64,000 bases of DNA, taken from assembly GCF_016903815.1 (NCBI RefSeq), contig NZ_CP069973.1; one strand, given 5' to 3'. The DNA comes from Escherichia coli (GTDB lineage Bacteria > Pseudomonadota > Gammaproteobacteria > Enterobacterales > Enterobacteriaceae). The notes beneath the pieces are model-generated. The model had not been told where the DNA came from, made no database searches, and worked only from the letters and a program-made list of their open reading frames with translations. A program made the translations under genes and the position numbers. This document shows positions 20,351-33,373 of this stretch, in pieces; position 1 is the first letter of the stretch; each line of letters opens with the position of its first letter.

Positions 20351-20425
20351 AACCTCTCCTGAATTGATGCAAAGCCATCGGCCATAGGCTGGTGGCTTTT
20401 ATCCTGATCTTTGTGAAATTTCACT

Positions 20426-21619
20426 ATGTCGACACTAAGCCAAACACTATCACCTCATCATCAGCGCGCATACTGGGGCGGTATTTTTGCCATGACCCTG
20501 TGCGTGTTTGTGCTGATTGCTTCTGAATTTATGCCCGTCAGCCTGCTCACGCCGATTACCCGCGATTTAGGCGTGACGGAGGGGCTGGCAGGGCAGGGGA
20601 TTGCTATCTCCGGCGCGCTGGCGGTTCTGACCAGCCTGACGCTTTCAACGCTAGCTGGAAAGATGAATCGTAAGTTCCTGCTGCTGGGGATGACGGTTCT
20701 GATGGCCGTATCGGGGCTTATTATTGCGCTGGCTTCCAGTTATCTGATGTATATGGTCGGTCGTGCGATGATTGGTGTGGCCATTGGCGGATTCTGGTCG
20801 ATGTCAGCGGCAACGGCTATTCGTCTGGTACCGCAGCATCAGGTTACGCGTGCGCTGGCGATTTTCAACGCCGGTAATGCGCTGGCGACGGCCGTGGCCG
20901 CACCGCTGGGAAGCTATCTGGGGGCTACGGTCGGATGGCGAGGCGCTTTCTTGTGCCTGGTGCCTATCGCGGTTGTCGCCTTTATCTGGCAATGCATTAG
21001 TCTGCCAAGCATGGATGCGAATAAAAGCCACACGTCATGTGGCGCGGTATTCCGCTTATTTAGCCGCCGCATGGTTGTGGTCGGCATGATAGCCTGCGGC
21101 CTGTTTTTCATGGGGCAGTTTGCACTATTCACCTATGTGCGCCCGTTTCTGGAGTCGGTGACACGGGTTAATTCCTTAGGCTTGTCGTCGATTTTGCTGA
21201 TTATCGGCGTGGCCGGTTTTATTGGCACGCTGGTTGTTTCGGCATTTCTCAACAGAAAATTCTACCCCACGCTGATGGCCATACCCGGACTGATGGCCGT
21301 CATTGCCATCGGTCTGATGCTTACCGGGCATCACGTCTGGACGGTCTCGCTGCTGTTAGGACTCTGGGGCATGCTGGCCACCGCCGCGCCAACCGGATGG
21401 TGGACATGGATTGCGCGTACGTTGCCTGACAACGCCGAAGCTGGAGGCGGGCTCATGGTCGCGGTGATTCAGCTCGCCATCGCCCTTGGATCAACGGCAG
21501 GAGGCATTGTGTTTGACCGCCTTGGCTGGCAGAGCACGTTTGCTATGAGTAGCGTGCTGCTCCTTTGCGCTGGCGTACTGACCTTTGTTACCGCACGCCA
21601 GAAGGCCGGTGCGCTTTAG
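20426..21619 (+). CDS. MFS transporter
   Basis: 397-aa highly hydrophobic ORF with a multi-TM pattern. Confidence 0.8.
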   Translation: MSTLSQTLSPHHQRAYWGGIFAMTLCVFVLIASEFMPVSLLTPITRDLGVTEGLAGQGIAISGALAVLTSLTLSTLAGKMNRKFLLLGMTVLMAVSGLIIALASSYLMYMVGRAMIGVAIGGFWSMSAATAIRLVPQHQVTRALAIFNAGNALATAVAAPLGSYLGATVGWRGAFLCLVPIAVVAFIWQCISLPSMDANKSHTSCGAVFRLFSRRMVVVGMIACGLFFMGQFALFTYVRPFLESVTRVNSLGLSSILLIIGVAGFIGTLVVSAFLNRKFYPTLMAIPGLMAVIAIGLMLTGHHVWTVSLLLGLWGMLATAAPTGWWTWIARTLPDNAEAGGGLMVAVIQLAIALGSTAGGIVFDRLGWQSTFAMSSVLLLCAGVLTFVTARQKAGAL

Positions 21620-21797
21620 TCCGGCGAGGCGCGCGTTGCTGAATAAGTTACACAAGGCGATAAGCGCCCTCTATGGGTTGGGCGCTCTTTTAAACGATTT
21701 AGGTGATTTTCTTAAACGGCTACTGCAGATTTTTCTCTTAATTTATGGGTATTTCCCCCGGAGGTGAGGAAGCGCTCCCCACGCCCCGCCGCGAGGA

Positions 21798-22751
21798 TCA
21801 GGACGATGGAGGCAGGCATGAATCCTCCTGACGGAGACGTACAGCGGCGACTTCTGCCAGCACGGAGAGTGCCAGAGTATGCGCATCCCGGGCTTTGGGG
21901 AATATCCCGACGGGTGCCCGGATTTGCGCTGTCTCCTCCCTGGACCATCCCAGCTCGTGGAGCTTTTGCAGACGTAAAGTGTGGGTTCGATAGCTGCCCA
22001 ATGCGCCGAGATAAAAGGGTTTTGCTTCTCGCGCGGCCTGCAACACTGGCAGCTCCCGGTTGAGATCATGGCACAGCAAAATGACCGCCGTATCGGTATC
22101 GATCTGAGCGCTGGCTGAGGCCGGAAAAAGATCGAAGATATGGCTGTCATAGCCTGTGGCTGCTGCAAGACTCGCGGTTGCCTGCGCCTCAAGAGAACGT
22201 CCGTAAATCATCAGCCTGACGCATGGCCTGAACCCCACCTCAAAGCCATTGAGATTCCAGCCCGTCCGGGTTTGCGTGGGCAGGCACACCAACGATTGTG
22301 CTTGCGGATCGTAGCGCAGACCCGCCGGTTTTCTCTGTTCCAGGCGGTTCAGCACGGCGAGCAGAGGCTGTGCCGAGCGTAGTTTATGGAGCGTCAGCGT
22401 GATCCCACCGCCGCAGGGCAGAACGATGTCAAACCACGGCGAACCTTCGCCATAGCGAATTTCGCGATCGCGGCCTGAGCCCATCATCTCCAGCGCTTCA
22501 AAAGCGGCTGCGGCCTCCACGCAGCCGCCAGAGACAAAACCGCAATAACGACCATCTTCGCGCACCACCATCTGAGCCCCGAGCGGGCGCGCTGCGCCGC
22601 CGCGTATTTCCACCAGCGTCACCAGCACCGCTCCTTTACCGGACATTAGCGCCTCTACGGCGAAGCGCAGAATGGTCCGGTGGTCATCGGTGAGAAACGC
22701 CTGCTCTGGCTTATGCCAGTGCTCGTCTTTGTCAAAAAGCGAGTATGACAT
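21798..22751 (-). CDS. paoD: Molybdenum-cofactor insertion chaperone (XdhC family) for periplasmic aldehyde oxidoreductase
   Basis: 317-aa ORF, last gene of the paoABCD block. Confidence 0.8.
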   Translation of the reverse strand: MSYSLFDKDEHWHKPEQAFLTDDHRTILRFAVEALMSGKGAVLVTLVEIRGGAARPLGAQMVVREDGRYCGFVSGGCVEAAAAFEALEMMGSGRDREIRYGEGSPWFDIVLPCGGGITLTLHKLRSAQPLLAVLNRLEQRKPAGLRYDPQAQSLVCLPTQTRTGWNLNGFEVGFRPCVRLMIYGRSLEAQATASLAAATGYDSHIFDLFPASASAQIDTDTAVILLCHDLNRELPVLQAAREAKPFYLGALGSYRTHTLRLQKLHELGWSREETAQIRAPVGIFPKARDAHTLALSVLAEVAAVRLRQEDSCLPPSS

Positions 22752-22760
22752 TGTTCCTCC

Positions 22761-24959
22761 TTAAACCACATCCGGCAGCTTATCGAGCAACTTATCCAGA
22801 GTGATGGGATAATCCCGTACCCGAATACCGGTGGCGTTATACACCGCGTTGGCGATAGCCGCGCTCACGCCGCACAGGCCCAGCTCACCGACACCTTTGG
22901 CCTTCATCGGGGAGGAGATGGGGTCGGTATCATCCAGGAAAATCACCTCCTGTTTTGGGATATCCGCATGAACCGGCACCTCATACCCCGCCATATCGTG
23001 ATTAACGAAGTAGCCCAAACGGTCATCTACCGCCAGCTCCTCCATCAGTGCCGCGCCCATGCCCATAGTCATCGCGCCAATGACCTGGCTGCGTGCAGTT
23101 TTCGGATTCAGAATGCGCCCCGCTGCGCACACGGCGAGCATACGCCGGACCCGAACTTCTCCCGTCGCGCTATGCACGCCGACCTCCACAAAATGCCCAG
23201 CAAAGGTCGATTGCTGGTACTCCTTGCTCAGTGTTCCGAATTCAATGCTCTCTTCCGCTGTCAGTCTGCCGCCTGCGGTGGCCTCATGTAGCATGGCGCT
23301 TCGGGTACCGTTGGTAATCTTGCCGTCGGCAAACTGCGACTGCTCAGGATCAAACCCGACTGCCGAGGCAATCATTTCGCGAAGCTTCACACAGGCGGCG
23401 TAAACGCCGGAGGTGGAGGTATTCGCGCCCCATTGTCCACCAGAACCCGCAGAAACCGGGAAACTGGAATCGCCGAGGTGAACCGCAACCTGCTCCAGCG
23501 GTACGCCAAGCATTTCCGCTGCCGTCTGGGCCAGAATGGTGTAGCTGCCAGTGCCAATATCGGTCATGTCCGTTTCCACGGTAACGGTGCCGTTTTGCTC
23601 CAGGTGAACCCGCGCACCCGATTTTTCCAGCAGATTATTGCGAAAGCCCGCCGCAACACCGTGGCCGACTAGCCACTCCCCGTCGCGTACCTGTCCGGGT
23701 GTGGCGTTGCGCTGCTTCCAGCCAAATTTATCCGCTCCGGTGCGCAAGCACTCGATAAGCTGACGGCGAGAGAAGCGGCGCGTCGGGTCGGCGGGGTCAA
23801 CCTGAGTGTCATTCAGGATGCGAAACTCGACGGGATCGATGCCCGCTTTTTCCGCCAGTTCGTCGATCGCGATTTCGAGCGCCATCAGACCGGGGGCTTC
23901 GCCGGGCGCACGCATGGCGTTCCCTTCCGGCAAATCAAGCGTGGCGAGCCGCAGGCCTGTATGACGATTCGCCCCTGCGTAAAGAAATTCGCTTTGCTGT
24001 ACCGCCGTTTCCGGCGTGCCGCCGGGCAGGTTTCCGGACCAGCTTTCATGTGAGATAGCAGTGATTTTCCCGCTCTGGTCGGCACCGATACGCAGGTGCT
24101 GAAGGGTGGCGGGGCGGTGCGTTGTGTTATTGGGAATAGTGGGGCGGGGGAGCATCACTTTAACCGGACGTTTCACCGCACGGGCGGCGAGGGCCGCCAG
24201 CAGCGCATCGCTTCTCAGGAACAGCTTGCCGCCAAACCCTCCACCGATATACGGGGAGATAATACGCACATTCTCCACGGGCACTTTCAGCGTTTTTGCC
24301 AGATCGGTGCGGCACCAGTCAATCATCTGATTTGAGGTCCAGAGGGTAAGCTTATTTCCATCCCAGACGGCCATCGAGGCATGCGGTTCCATCGCCATAT
24401 GGCTCTGGTCCGGGGTCGTGTAGGTAGCATCAATCTTCACCGCAGCGGAGGTGAAAGCCCCGTCAAAGTCACCAACATTTTTATCGGGCGTGTCTTCCGG
24501 CGGCTGACTGACGGCCTGTTTCTCGTCCGCCAGGGAGTAAGCTCCTTTATTACGGCGATAGTGCGCCTGCACCAGCGAGGCCGCCGCTCGTGCCTGTTCG
24601 AAGGTCTCGGCCACTACCAGCGCAATGGCCTGATGATAGTGCTCAATAGTGGGGCCGCCTAACAGCCTGGCGGTGTTTTTGTCGCCTTTGCCGAGTGCCC
24701 CGGCGTTACTGGCGGTAATGACAGCCAGTACGCCCGGCGCTTTTTGCGCGGCGTCCGTATCGAGGGCGGTGAGGCATCCTTTGGCAATGGCGGAACCGAC
24801 GATATAACCATAGGCGGCGTTGGGGGCTTCTTCATGCCATTCGTAGGCGTAGCGTGCCGTGCCGGTAGTTTTCAGCGGTCCGTCGATGCGGTCATGGGGA
24901 CGACCGACAACCTTCAGCTGATCAATCGGGTTTTCCCCTGCGGGTTTATCAAATTTCAT
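22761..24959 (-). CDS. paoC: Aldehyde oxidoreductase molybdopterin-binding subunit
   Basis: 732-aa xanthine-dehydrogenase-family large subunit. Confidence 0.85.
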   Translation of the reverse strand: MKFDKPAGENPIDQLKVVGRPHDRIDGPLKTTGTARYAYEWHEEAPNAAYGYIVGSAIAKGCLTALDTDAAQKAPGVLAVITASNAGALGKGDKNTARLLGGPTIEHYHQAIALVVAETFEQARAAASLVQAHYRRNKGAYSLADEKQAVSQPPEDTPDKNVGDFDGAFTSAAVKIDATYTTPDQSHMAMEPHASMAVWDGNKLTLWTSNQMIDWCRTDLAKTLKVPVENVRIISPYIGGGFGGKLFLRSDALLAALAARAVKRPVKVMLPRPTIPNNTTHRPATLQHLRIGADQSGKITAISHESWSGNLPGGTPETAVQQSEFLYAGANRHTGLRLATLDLPEGNAMRAPGEAPGLMALEIAIDELAEKAGIDPVEFRILNDTQVDPADPTRRFSRRQLIECLRTGADKFGWKQRNATPGQVRDGEWLVGHGVAAGFRNNLLEKSGARVHLEQNGTVTVETDMTDIGTGSYTILAQTAAEMLGVPLEQVAVHLGDSSFPVSAGSGGQWGANTSTSGVYAACVKLREMIASAVGFDPEQSQFADGKITNGTRSAMLHEATAGGRLTAEESIEFGTLSKEYQQSTFAGHFVEVGVHSATGEVRVRRMLAVCAAGRILNPKTARSQVIGAMTMGMGAALMEELAVDDRLGYFVNHDMAGYEVPVHADIPKQEVIFLDDTDPISSPMKAKGVGELGLCGVSAAIANAVYNATGIRVRDYPITLDKLLDKLPDVV

Positions 24960-25912
24960 GCCTGTGCCCTCGCTTCAGCCAGTACGGAGGCAAGCGTTCG
25001 CTTCGCCAACAGGAGTTTAAAGGTGTTTTCAGTGGTGGGATGGGCGCTGGCGAACAGCGCGTCATACACGGCCTGCGCCCCCTGGGATAGCTGAGCATCC
25101 GCAGCCTCAATGCGCCAGGGCTTATGTGCTACTCCGCCCAGCGCGACGCGCCCGCTGCCGTTAGGCTGAATAATCGCTGCGACCGATACCAGGGCAAAGG
25201 CGTAGGAGGCGCGATCGCGCACCTTACGGTAAATATGTTTTCCGCCGAGCGGCGGAGGTAACGTCACCGCAACGATAAGCTCACCGGGAAGCAGGGCGGT
25301 TTCAATGTGCGGCGTTTTTCCCGGAGGGTGATAAAAATCAGCCAGTGTGATACTGCGAGTCTTTCCCTCCGGCGTGATGGTTTCCACCACCGCATCCAGC
25401 AACCGCATTGCGACCGCCATATCGCTCGGATGGGTGGCAATGCAGGCTTCGCTTACGCCTACCACCGCGTGCTGACGGCTAAAGCCTTCAAGTGCCGCGC
25501 AGCCGCTCCCGGGCAGGCGCTTATTGCAGGGCTGATTGGTGTCGTAAAAATAGGGGCAGCGCGTGCGCTGGAGCAGATTACCTGCGGTGGTTGCCTGATT
25601 ACGTAACTGACCAGACGCGCCAGCGAGCAGGGCGCGGGAGAGTACCGCGTAATCACGACGCACGCGCTCGTGAGCTGCCAGGTCGGTGTTCCATACCAGT
25701 GCGCCGATGCGCAGCCCACCCGCGTCGGTCACTTCAATCTTATCGAGCCCGAGCCCGTTCACATCGATAAGGTGGGTTGGCGTTTCAATTTCCAGCTTCA
25801 TCAGGTCCAGCAGATTGGTCCCGCCAGCGATAAATTTTGCGCCGGGTACGCGCTGAGCGCTAAGTGCCGCCTCGGCCGGGGTGTTCACTCGTTCATAGGT
25901 AAACGCCTTCAT
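24956..25912 (-). CDS. paoB: Aldehyde oxidoreductase FAD-binding subunit
   Basis: 318-aa ORF; 4-bp overlap with paoC and paoA. Confidence 0.85.
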   Translation of the reverse strand: MKAFTYERVNTPAEAALSAQRVPGAKFIAGGTNLLDLMKLEIETPTHLIDVNGLGLDKIEVTDAGGLRIGALVWNTDLAAHERVRRDYAVLSRALLAGASGQLRNQATTAGNLLQRTRCPYFYDTNQPCNKRLPGSGCAALEGFSRQHAVVGVSEACIATHPSDMAVAMRLLDAVVETITPEGKTRSITLADFYHPPGKTPHIETALLPGELIVAVTLPPPLGGKHIYRKVRDRASYAFALVSVAAIIQPNGSGRVALGGVAHKPWRIEAADAQLSQGAQAVYDALFASAHPTTENTFKLLLAKRTLASVLAEARAQA

Positions 25913-26598
25913 GATTTTATCTCCCCCGCAGCATCTTCAATGGCGGCAAGGATGTTAGCGTATGCACCACAGCGACAGATGTTGCCGCTCATACGTTCAC
26001 GGATCTCATCGGCAGTTCTTTCTGGAGGGGAAACCAAATCGACCGTGACGTGACTGGGAATGCCGTCCTGAATCTCTTTTAGCACCGCTACTGATGAGCA
26101 AATTTGCCCGGAGGTGCAGTAGCCGCACTGGAAGCCATCATGCTTGATAAAGGCCGCCTGCATGGGGTGAAGATTCTCTGGTGAACCCAGGCCTTCAATG
26201 GTGGTGATCTCGGCCCCCTGATGCATGACTGCAAGCGTCAGGCAGGCATTAAGCCTGCGACCATTGACCAGCACGGTACAGGCTCCGCACTGCCCGTGAT
26301 CGCAACCTTTCTTGGTACCGATCAGATGCAGATTTTCACGCAAAGCGTCCAGTAGCGTGGTTCGGGTATCAACGTCCAACTGCTCGGTTTTGCCGTTCAC
26401 CTTAAGTGTCAGGGGCATTATCTCTGGCGCGGGTGTAGCTGCCGGAACGCTTGCTGCAAGCGTAGAATGAGGATAAACCACGGCGGTCGCCGCCGTTGCG
26501 GCGCTGACTTTAATCAGATCGCGACGGGTCAAACTAAAATCGTGCGGCTCGTGCTTCCCAACCCGATTATCTTCGGGGTATTCGCCTTGGTTGCTCAT
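25909..26598 (-). CDS. paoA: Aldehyde oxidoreductase 2Fe-2S subunit with Tat signal
   Basis: 229-aa ORF; twin-arginine motif ([18 protein letters not shown]) and cysteine clusters typical of [2Fe-2S] subunits. Confidence 0.85.
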   Translation of the reverse strand: MSNQGEYPEDNRVGKHEPHDFSLTRRDLIKVSAATAATAVVYPHSTLAASVPAATPAPEIMPLTLKVNGKTEQLDVDTRTTLLDALRENLHLIGTKKGCDHGQCGACTVLVNGRRLNACLTLAVMHQGAEITTIEGLGSPENLHPMQAAFIKHDGFQCGYCTSGQICSSVAVLKEIQDGIPSHVTVDLVSPPERTADEIRERMSGNICRCGAYANILAAIEDAAGEIKS

Positions 26599-27004
26599 AC
26601 CAGGCCTCCGGTATTCTAAAGGGGAAAATAAGAGAGCGTTGCGAGAGTGCTGATGCTTTTTTAAACGTTAAGCATAGTCGGTGAGAGCAGGAGGATTATT
26701 CTTAAAACGCGAATGCAGCTATGAGCCCGGCTAATTAATTCATATTCGCCGATGACGGGAGCTCGTTTATTGCTTTAGTTGTACGATGCAAAAACCGATA
26801 AGGAAACCTGTGATTGTCAGCTCTGCATCACCCTACAAATCTTTGTCACTTCTAACATAAAAATAGGGAGAAATGATGGTGCTTATATTCATTGGCGATT
26901 AGGAAACTATCTTGTTATACAAAACAATACAGTTCTTTACATTTGTCTTGTTTTATGAATACTCCTGAAGAGGTGTATAACATAATGGTACAAGCAGGGT
27001 AGAT

Positions 27005-27619
27005 ATGAATATATTTGAACAAACTCCACCGAACCGCAGACGTTATGGTCTTGCTGCATTCATTGGGCTGATTGCTGGCGTTGTTTCCGCATTTGTGAAG
27101 TGGGGGGCTGAAGTTCCATTGCCGCCACGTAGCCCGGTGGATATGTTTAATGCAGCGTGTGGCCCGGAATCATTAATCAGGGCTGCTGGGCAAATTGATT
27201 GCTCCCGTAATTTTCTCAATCCTCCGTATATTTTTCTTCGAGACTGGCTAGGGCTGACAGATCCCAATGCGGCTGTTTATACCTTTGCCGGGCATGTCTT
27301 TAACTGGGTTGGCGTTACGCACATTATCTTTTCGATAGTGTTTGCCGTTGGTTACTGTGTGGTCGCTGAAGTATTTCCAAAAATTAAACTCTGGCAGGGC
27401 TTACTGGCAGGTGCTTTAGCCCAACTTTTTGTTCATATGATTTCATTCCCTCTCATGGGACTGACGCCACCTCTGTTTGATCTCCCGTGGTATGAGAATG
27501 TTTCTGAAATTTTTGGACATTTAGTCTGGTTCTGGTCCATTGAAATTATTCGCAGAGATTTACGAAACAGAATTACTCATGAGCCAGACCCTGAGATCCC
27601 TTTAGGCTCAAACAGATAA
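27005..27619 (+). CDS. yagU: Inner-membrane protein (DUF1440 family)
   Basis: 204-aa hydrophobic ORF in the expected position. Confidence 0.8.
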
Positions 27620-27632
27620 TGCATTGAATAAT

Positions 27633-27662
27633 AAAAATGGCGCAAATGCAGCGCCATTTTTA
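27633..27662. terminator. Hairpin terminator between yagU and ykgJ
   Basis: aaaaatggcgc…gcgccattttt stem flanked by A- and T-runs, between convergent genes. Confidence 0.55.
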
Positions 27663-27867
27663 TAGGTTAAAAACATTGCTTTTTACTTTCTGAAGCAGAT
27701 AGCCAGTGAGTACATCGCGCTACTTCAGGATGCTGTAGATCCGGAGAACACTATAGAGGAAGATGCATTGTTGCTGGCAGATGGAAGAAGTTTCGGGTTT
27801 TGTTATCCCTGAAAAACGAAGCCCCGCGGTTATAGCTGGCGGGGCAGTGCAATTAATTATTGCATAT

Positions 27868-28197
27868 TTATAACGGTGTCAGCCCGTATTTAGCTCTTGC
27901 ACGATTGCAAGCCTCATTGACGACTCCGTTCTCACCAGACATGGCGAATTCTCTGCACGTGGACGATCGATTTTTATATATCGTGCAGCAGGCATTTTTG
28001 CCCGGTGTTCCTGCAAGGGCAATACATCGGGGGTTTTTCTGATTGGTACCGCTCATGCATCGGTGAAAAGGGGATATTTGTTCAGTGAGCCTGGCGGGAA
28101 TGGTACCGCCAGCATCGTCGGCTTCGGCCCAGTAAAAAGAGACGCGGAAAAATGCACAACAGGCACCACACGTCATGCATGGATTCAGATTGCTCAT
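27868..28197 (-). CDS. ykgJ: YkgJ-family cysteine-cluster (putative zinc/iron-binding) protein
   Basis: 109-aa ORF with CxxC clusters (CMTCGACC…). Confidence 0.8.
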
Positions 28198-28510
28198 AAT
28201 TCACCAGTACAGCTATAAATCGTAAAGAGAACAGCGGTACATCGTATGTAAGAACGTACCGCGGTTGGCTGGGGAACTTTCGATAGTGTGAGTATTGAAT
28301 GATTTCCAGCCGTTACCGATTTTACGTACTAATTCGTGAATAAACCACTCGTTAGCAGGCTGCCTGGTACCTTTCCGTGTCTCCTGAACACTATGGTGTA
28401 CATATGAGAAAGCCCATCGTTACAGGTGACATTGACGATCGCTTCCACATCATTTAATCGATTATTTGAGTCTCTGAGGTGGAATTCTTCCCTCGTCCGA
28501 TGGATAAGTC

Positions 28511-29221
28511 TTAGTCCGCCGAAGGGGGCTTAGCAGGACAGGAATCGCTAATCTTAATGAATTTGTCGTTATAGACCAGATAATGATTCCCCGGCTGACG
28601 TAACTCAGGCTGATGAACCACGTCTCCCGGACGTAGATACCAGGCATCGCCTTCCTCTTCGGTCGAATCACATCCTGGCTTAATCAGTAGCTTAAACCAT
28701 GTGTTGCCAGTGTTACTTACCGTTCCTGTCACCTGGTCGAAGGACCATTTAAACTGAACCTGACGTGGTCGTACTACCAGAATGGTATCTATCACCACCA
28801 CCGGCTCCGTGCTGACCTCGCCGCCGGTTGGGCTACGTCTTGTCTGGTTACGAGTGGGGACCTCGCGAAATGAGACCCGGTAGTAGCGCTCGCGGTTATC
28901 CCGTGGACCATGATAGTAAAATTTAAAATACTCGCTCTCACCAGCCTGCAACGCCAGCTGGCGGGGGGCGAAAAGCAGTTCACCATCCACCGGTCGGGTG
29001 CGCAATTCACTGCTGCCCGGGCTATCAATAGCACTGATGGCAATACGGTATATCCGTGCGCTTTTGTTGTTATTCACTACACGTTTGCTGACAAAGTCAG
29101 TCTCGGACGGCAGTGAAAAAGTCAGATTGCCGACCGAAATCGCCTGTGTCAAAGGTGCCGCCAGCATACAGACCACTGTCAGCAGGGCCTTAGTTAATGT
29201 TACGCCACGTCGCCTGAACAT
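28511..29221 (-). CDS. ecpE: E. coli common pilus chaperone-like protein EcpE
   Basis: Start set at [11 protein letters not shown]… (236 aa); overlaps the ecpD 3' end. Confidence 0.8.
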   Translation of the reverse strand: MFRRRGVTLTKALLTVVCMLAAPLTQAISVGNLTFSLPSETDFVSKRVVNNNKSARIYRIAISAIDSPGSSELRTRPVDGELLFAPRQLALQAGESEYFKFYYHGPRDNRERYYRVSFREVPTRNQTRRSPTGGEVSTEPVVVIDTILVVRPRQVQFKWSFDQVTGTVSNTGNTWFKLLIKPGCDSTEEEGDAWYLRPGDVVHQPELRQPGNHYLVYNDKFIKISDSCPAKPPSAD

Positions 29222-30833
29222 GAATCTCTCCTGAAGCGCTGACTTCGCCAAACCAGCCGTTATCATCTACCGTACGCAGCGAAATGGCGTTATCCATTGG
29301 AATCGAAAATTTGACTGTGGTCTTATCCATCTGCCCCACTTCGCCAGAGATATCAGTCCACGGTGTGGTCAGCCACAGCGCATCGGTCATATCCCGCCAG
29401 CTATCATCGCACCCGGCATCGTAGGTTTTTGTAGCTCCGCTGCGGGTAATAAAGGAAAGCGTCGCCGGGAACGGTACTTTCGCCTTACCATCATCGGAGC
29501 TGAAGACACAATAGGAGCGCCCGCCAATCACCTGCGCGGGTCCGGTCACCTTGATCAGCACTTCGTCGGCAGCTGTTTTACCGCTGGTGGTTACGATATA
29601 GCCGAAATCGAGTGCCGACTCGCCGCTGCCAACATATCCCTCCCGCGACGGTGTCTGAGTATATTCATCGGAGATAATACTGATGCTGAAATCACGGGGT
29701 TTGATAATCAGCGTGTTGGAGGTAGAAAATTCATACCAGCCAGACTCCGGTGATGTGGTGTTCTGAAAGCGAAAGTTGAATAGATCTTTGGTGTTGATAT
29801 CGCTGATCCCGAGGTTCACCATCTGCTTAAAGAAGTTGCTCGAGAAGAAAACATAGATCGAGTCTGCGCTCTTCATCTCGTTGAAGGTGTAGTAATAGGC
29901 AGTATTGCTCACCGGTTTCCATGAACTGCCATTCAGACTGAACTGCATATCGTACGCCCCGACGGCCGAGGCTAACGACGAGTTGGCGATCGCCGGGAAT
30001 ATATGGATTGAGGTGTTGCTGAGTCCGTTTGTTTGCAGGGTATAGTTAACCATCTTACAACTTAATCCTGAACGGCTGCCGATGGTTTGCGTCCGGCAGT
30101 CGGCGTTCCCTTCGCCCAGAGTCGGTACTCCGTCGCTGTTGATAAACACCTCCGCCAGCGAGTGGGTATTTATCAACCGTAGATTTGCTGCTTTCGTATG
30201 GGTGACGTTGCGAACATACCAGTTGCCGGAGGCCTGATCCTTACAGCGTGCGCCGCTGCTGGCGTCATAGTTCACAGAGGTCTGGCAGGCATTGATGGTC
30301 ATTGTAAAGCTGCTGCCGACGGGCATTTGTTGCAGATACTGGTAAAAGGCGTCTGACAACATGCCGTGCATCCACTTCGCGCCGCCGCTGGTCACCGTCG
30401 CGCCATAAAATCCACTGGCGTCGGTGGTTTGCGGCAGGATAAGACTGGTGGTCATATTACACCCAGCGTACCAGTTGATGCAGCGCAAGCCAGTTAAAGG
30501 AGATGAAACTGGTGAATTTTCCAGCCACATATCAAACTTCCAGTTGGTATAAAGGCCGGTGTTGTAACCGTTATCAATGTAGCCGAGGCTTTGCTGATAG
30601 ATGGTTCCTGAACCATTGTATTTTAAACCGGTCCAGCGGTTGGCACCGGTCAGGCGCGGATCCAGCGCCCCGCCAGGAGTGACGAAAAAGTTGTCGTCTG
30701 AGTTGTTTTCGACAAACACAAACTCGCGTGCCGGAGCATCCGCCCAGGTGGTTTTGCTCACTGCCGCTCTGAGCGCGGTTGCAGGCCAGATTAGCGCAAC
30801 GATTATCATCGCTATCAGTAGGTTAACTCTCAT
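29190..30833 (-). CDS. ecpD: E. coli common pilus tip adhesin EcpD
   Basis: 547-aa ORF with signal peptide, in the ecp operon. Confidence 0.85.
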   Translation of the reverse strand: MRVNLLIAMIIVALIWPATALRAAVSKTTWADAPAREFVFVENNSDDNFFVTPGGALDPRLTGANRWTGLKYNGSGTIYQQSLGYIDNGYNTGLYTNWKFDMWLENSPVSSPLTGLRCINWYAGCNMTTSLILPQTTDASGFYGATVTSGGAKWMHGMLSDAFYQYLQQMPVGSSFTMTINACQTSVNYDASSGARCKDQASGNWYVRNVTHTKAANLRLINTHSLAEVFINSDGVPTLGEGNADCRTQTIGSRSGLSCKMVNYTLQTNGLSNTSIHIFPAIANSSLASAVGAYDMQFSLNGSSWKPVSNTAYYYTFNEMKSADSIYVFFSSNFFKQMVNLGISDINTKDLFNFRFQNTTSPESGWYEFSTSNTLIIKPRDFSISIISDEYTQTPSREGYVGSGESALDFGYIVTTSGKTAADEVLIKVTGPAQVIGGRSYCVFSSDDGKAKVPFPATLSFITRSGATKTYDAGCDDSWRDMTDALWLTTPWTDISGEVGQMDKTTVKFSIPMDNAISLRTVDDNGWFGEVSASGEIHVQATWRNIN

Positions 30834-33348
30834 TCTCTTCTCCTGTCTGCGTCACCGCCGCCCACGATGAGAGGCCGCTGCAGACCACATCACCGACCCA
30901 GACGGCACCGCGCGCCTGGTTGAGTTCCAGTGCCACTTCGCAGGTTTTATTGCCACTGTAGCGAAAATCGATAGTGGGGTATTTCTTATCCACGTCCATG
31001 ACAAACTCGCCGTTTTCATCGGTTCGGGTTCGGCCGATATGGTTGTTAATCCGTGCGTTAGCCAGCAGTGTGCCGTCTTCCGCACGGATACGACCGGAGA
31101 CGGTAACCATCTGCTTCACCTCTGGCTCAATGACAGCGACATTGCCTGGATAGAGAGTCAGATGGCTTTTGCGACCGCTGACGATATCGTAACTGTCGAG
31201 TGAGTTTTTGCTGTTCTGTAACTCCACCTCATATCTTCCATAGGGAGAGAGCGGGAGATAGTTACGCTTGCCGTTAAGCGGGAAAATCCGCCCGTTGATT
31301 TTGGCGCTGATCTGACCATCGTTCTCCAGGCCAGTGTCGAATATCACCCCAGCATTGCCATCGGTCCGCCCGCTGGCAGCGATGTTTTTACCTTGCCAGC
31401 CGACGCTGCCGTTGGCGGTCAAATTGGTATTGATGTAGCCGTCCGCCGCGCTATTGACGTTCAGCGTTCCGCTGGCGTAACGAGCGTCGAACTGTGCATA
31501 CGCCCCACCGCTGAGGGTTTTGTCATCACCGGTATCGCCGGAGATGGCTCGTGACAGATTGGCACCAACAGTGCGAATGGTTCCTTCATCAAACTGTTTG
31601 CGTGCTGACAGGTTTGCCATGGTGTAGCCGTTTTGATGGGTCATCCCTGCGCTAAACCAGTTGCCCAGTGGTAGCGAGAGATCGAGAGCGATATATTTCC
31701 CTGTATTGGCGCTGCTGTCGCCGTTGTTATAGCGCTGAATACCGGCCCGCAGGCCAAGCGAACCAAAGGGACCGCTGTAGACATTTTGATAGTAATCTGC
31801 CGTGTAATAATGGCTGTTGTAACGGCGGTCATCATTGTAGCTGATGCTGAATGTGCCCAGCTTCGACCACAGTGAGTTCAGGTTGAGTGTGCCGCCGATT
31901 GCACGGTTGTCGGCATCGCTACGTCGCAATTGATTGCCAATGCGGGTTTTTTCCTGGTTAACCCACAGCGAACTGAAGCCTCCAGGTAGAGTGGCGCTGA
32001 TGCTGGCGATGTTGCTCCATGAGCTGTCACTGGCCAGCATGTTTTGCAGGTTAACGTTGATCGCCCCCCCAAGCGGCAGCGTCAGACGGGTTTCGCCCAC
32101 TGCCTGATTATCGTATCCATATCCCGTTGCCGCCCAGCTAAGCGTACTCAGTGAGCCGGAGGTCGAGGCACCTGCCAGCCAACTCTCTTTAGCTGGTCGC
32201 GTCTTTTTCCCGTTTTCCGACCAGCGATCCATATGAAAGCTACCGCCCCATATCTGCCACGCCAGTGGTGCACCGACGCCGCGCCCCCGGCTAAACAGCT
32301 TATTGACCCGTTGAGTGCGTTTGCTGATCACGCGACCGTTAACGATCACCTCAACTTCCACATCGTAAATACCGTACGGTAGACCTCGGGTATCCACTTC
32401 ATGATTGCCCATGGTGAAGTTCTGAACGCTTAATAGCCGCCCATCACGGGTGAGATGTACTTCGCCCGCCGCCGGTAAAAAGGCGATCACTGGCGTGGCT
32501 GACTGGCTGCTGTCGAAGATGGTGGAGCTGGCCTGGTTTCCCCAGGAAAGGCCGTAAATCTTCCCTGCTGAAATGGCGGTCATCGGCCCTAAGGACTGCA
32601 AGTTCCAGGTGTCGAGCATTCCACCGGCAAATCGGTGACCGGCAAAATCGCGTTCATACATCGCTTTATATAATTCACTGTCCTGTTGACCGCTACCGAT
32701 CCCGTACAGCGAGCCGTCGAGCACCACGTGATGTTCGCGCAGTGCAGTAACGTTATTCAGCGACAGATAGCTGGATGTGTTGCTCCCGCCGTTACGCAAC
32801 TGGTTGTTATAGACGCCGAAGTTATAGCTCAGATTACTGCTGAGGGTGTTAACACTGGACTGCCCGATGTCTTCGCTACGTGAGCGTAGTACGGTGCCCA
32901 GCGCTTCGCGCTTGACCACTAGCTGCAGCAGCAGTTGGCGCAAGCTGAGATCCAGCTGCGCGTTGTCAGTCAGGGGGATGGTAAGGGCCTCATTGAACGG
33001 GGCGTTCGCCAGAGCCATCAGCTGCTGTCGAGTTTGTTCGCTGACACTGGCGTTATCTTCACTCTCTTCCAGCTGTATTTTCCGGATGCGTAGCTGTCCA
33101 TCATCCAGCCAGATAAAAGCGCTGCCGATTCGCTGATCGTCCTGGCGACCCTGGCTACCGGCGAGATGAATATAAAGCGGGACGCTCATGCCGTCCTGGA
33201 GCGCCTGACTGAAGGCCTGCGGAATAATCACCCCACCTATTTGCTGCGCACTTATGTCAGCAGCGCTGGCATCGGGCTGAACGAACAAAAAGACCATGCC
33301 GAAGGCAAACTGGGCTTTCAGTCCTGGGGAGAACCGTCGTAAAGGCAT
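30823..33348 (-). CDS. ecpC: E. coli common pilus usher EcpC
   Basis: 841-aa outer-membrane usher-like ORF. Confidence 0.85.
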   Translation of the reverse strand: MPLRRFSPGLKAQFAFGMVFLFVQPDASAADISAQQIGGVIIPQAFSQALQDGMSVPLYIHLAGSQGRQDDQRIGSAFIWLDDGQLRIRKIQLEESEDNASVSEQTRQQLMALANAPFNEALTIPLTDNAQLDLSLRQLLLQLVVKREALGTVLRSRSEDIGQSSVNTLSSNLSYNFGVYNNQLRNGGSNTSSYLSLNNVTALREHHVVLDGSLYGIGSGQQDSELYKAMYERDFAGHRFAGGMLDTWNLQSLGPMTAISAGKIYGLSWGNQASSTIFDSSQSATPVIAFLPAAGEVHLTRDGRLLSVQNFTMGNHEVDTRGLPYGIYDVEVEVIVNGRVISKRTQRVNKLFSRGRGVGAPLAWQIWGGSFHMDRWSENGKKTRPAKESWLAGASTSGSLSTLSWAATGYGYDNQAVGETRLTLPLGGAINVNLQNMLASDSSWSNIASISATLPGGFSSLWVNQEKTRIGNQLRRSDADNRAIGGTLNLNSLWSKLGTFSISYNDDRRYNSHYYTADYYQNVYSGPFGSLGLRAGIQRYNNGDSSANTGKYIALDLSLPLGNWFSAGMTHQNGYTMANLSARKQFDEGTIRTVGANLSRAISGDTGDDKTLSGGAYAQFDARYASGTLNVNSAADGYINTNLTANGSVGWQGKNIAASGRTDGNAGVIFDTGLENDGQISAKINGRIFPLNGKRNYLPLSPYGRYEVELQNSKNSLDSYDIVSGRKSHLTLYPGNVAVIEPEVKQMVTVSGRIRAEDGTLLANARINNHIGRTRTDENGEFVMDVDKKYPTIDFRYSGNKTCEVALELNQARGAVWVGDVVCSGLSSWAAVTQTGEENES

Positions 33349-33373
33349 TGTCGTTATCCATCTGCACAGCTAT

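Noticed and set aside
22968-25770. Multiple plus-strand ORFs within paoC and paoB
   Set aside because: Antisense shadows of a GC-rich operon; Arg/Ala-rich translations.
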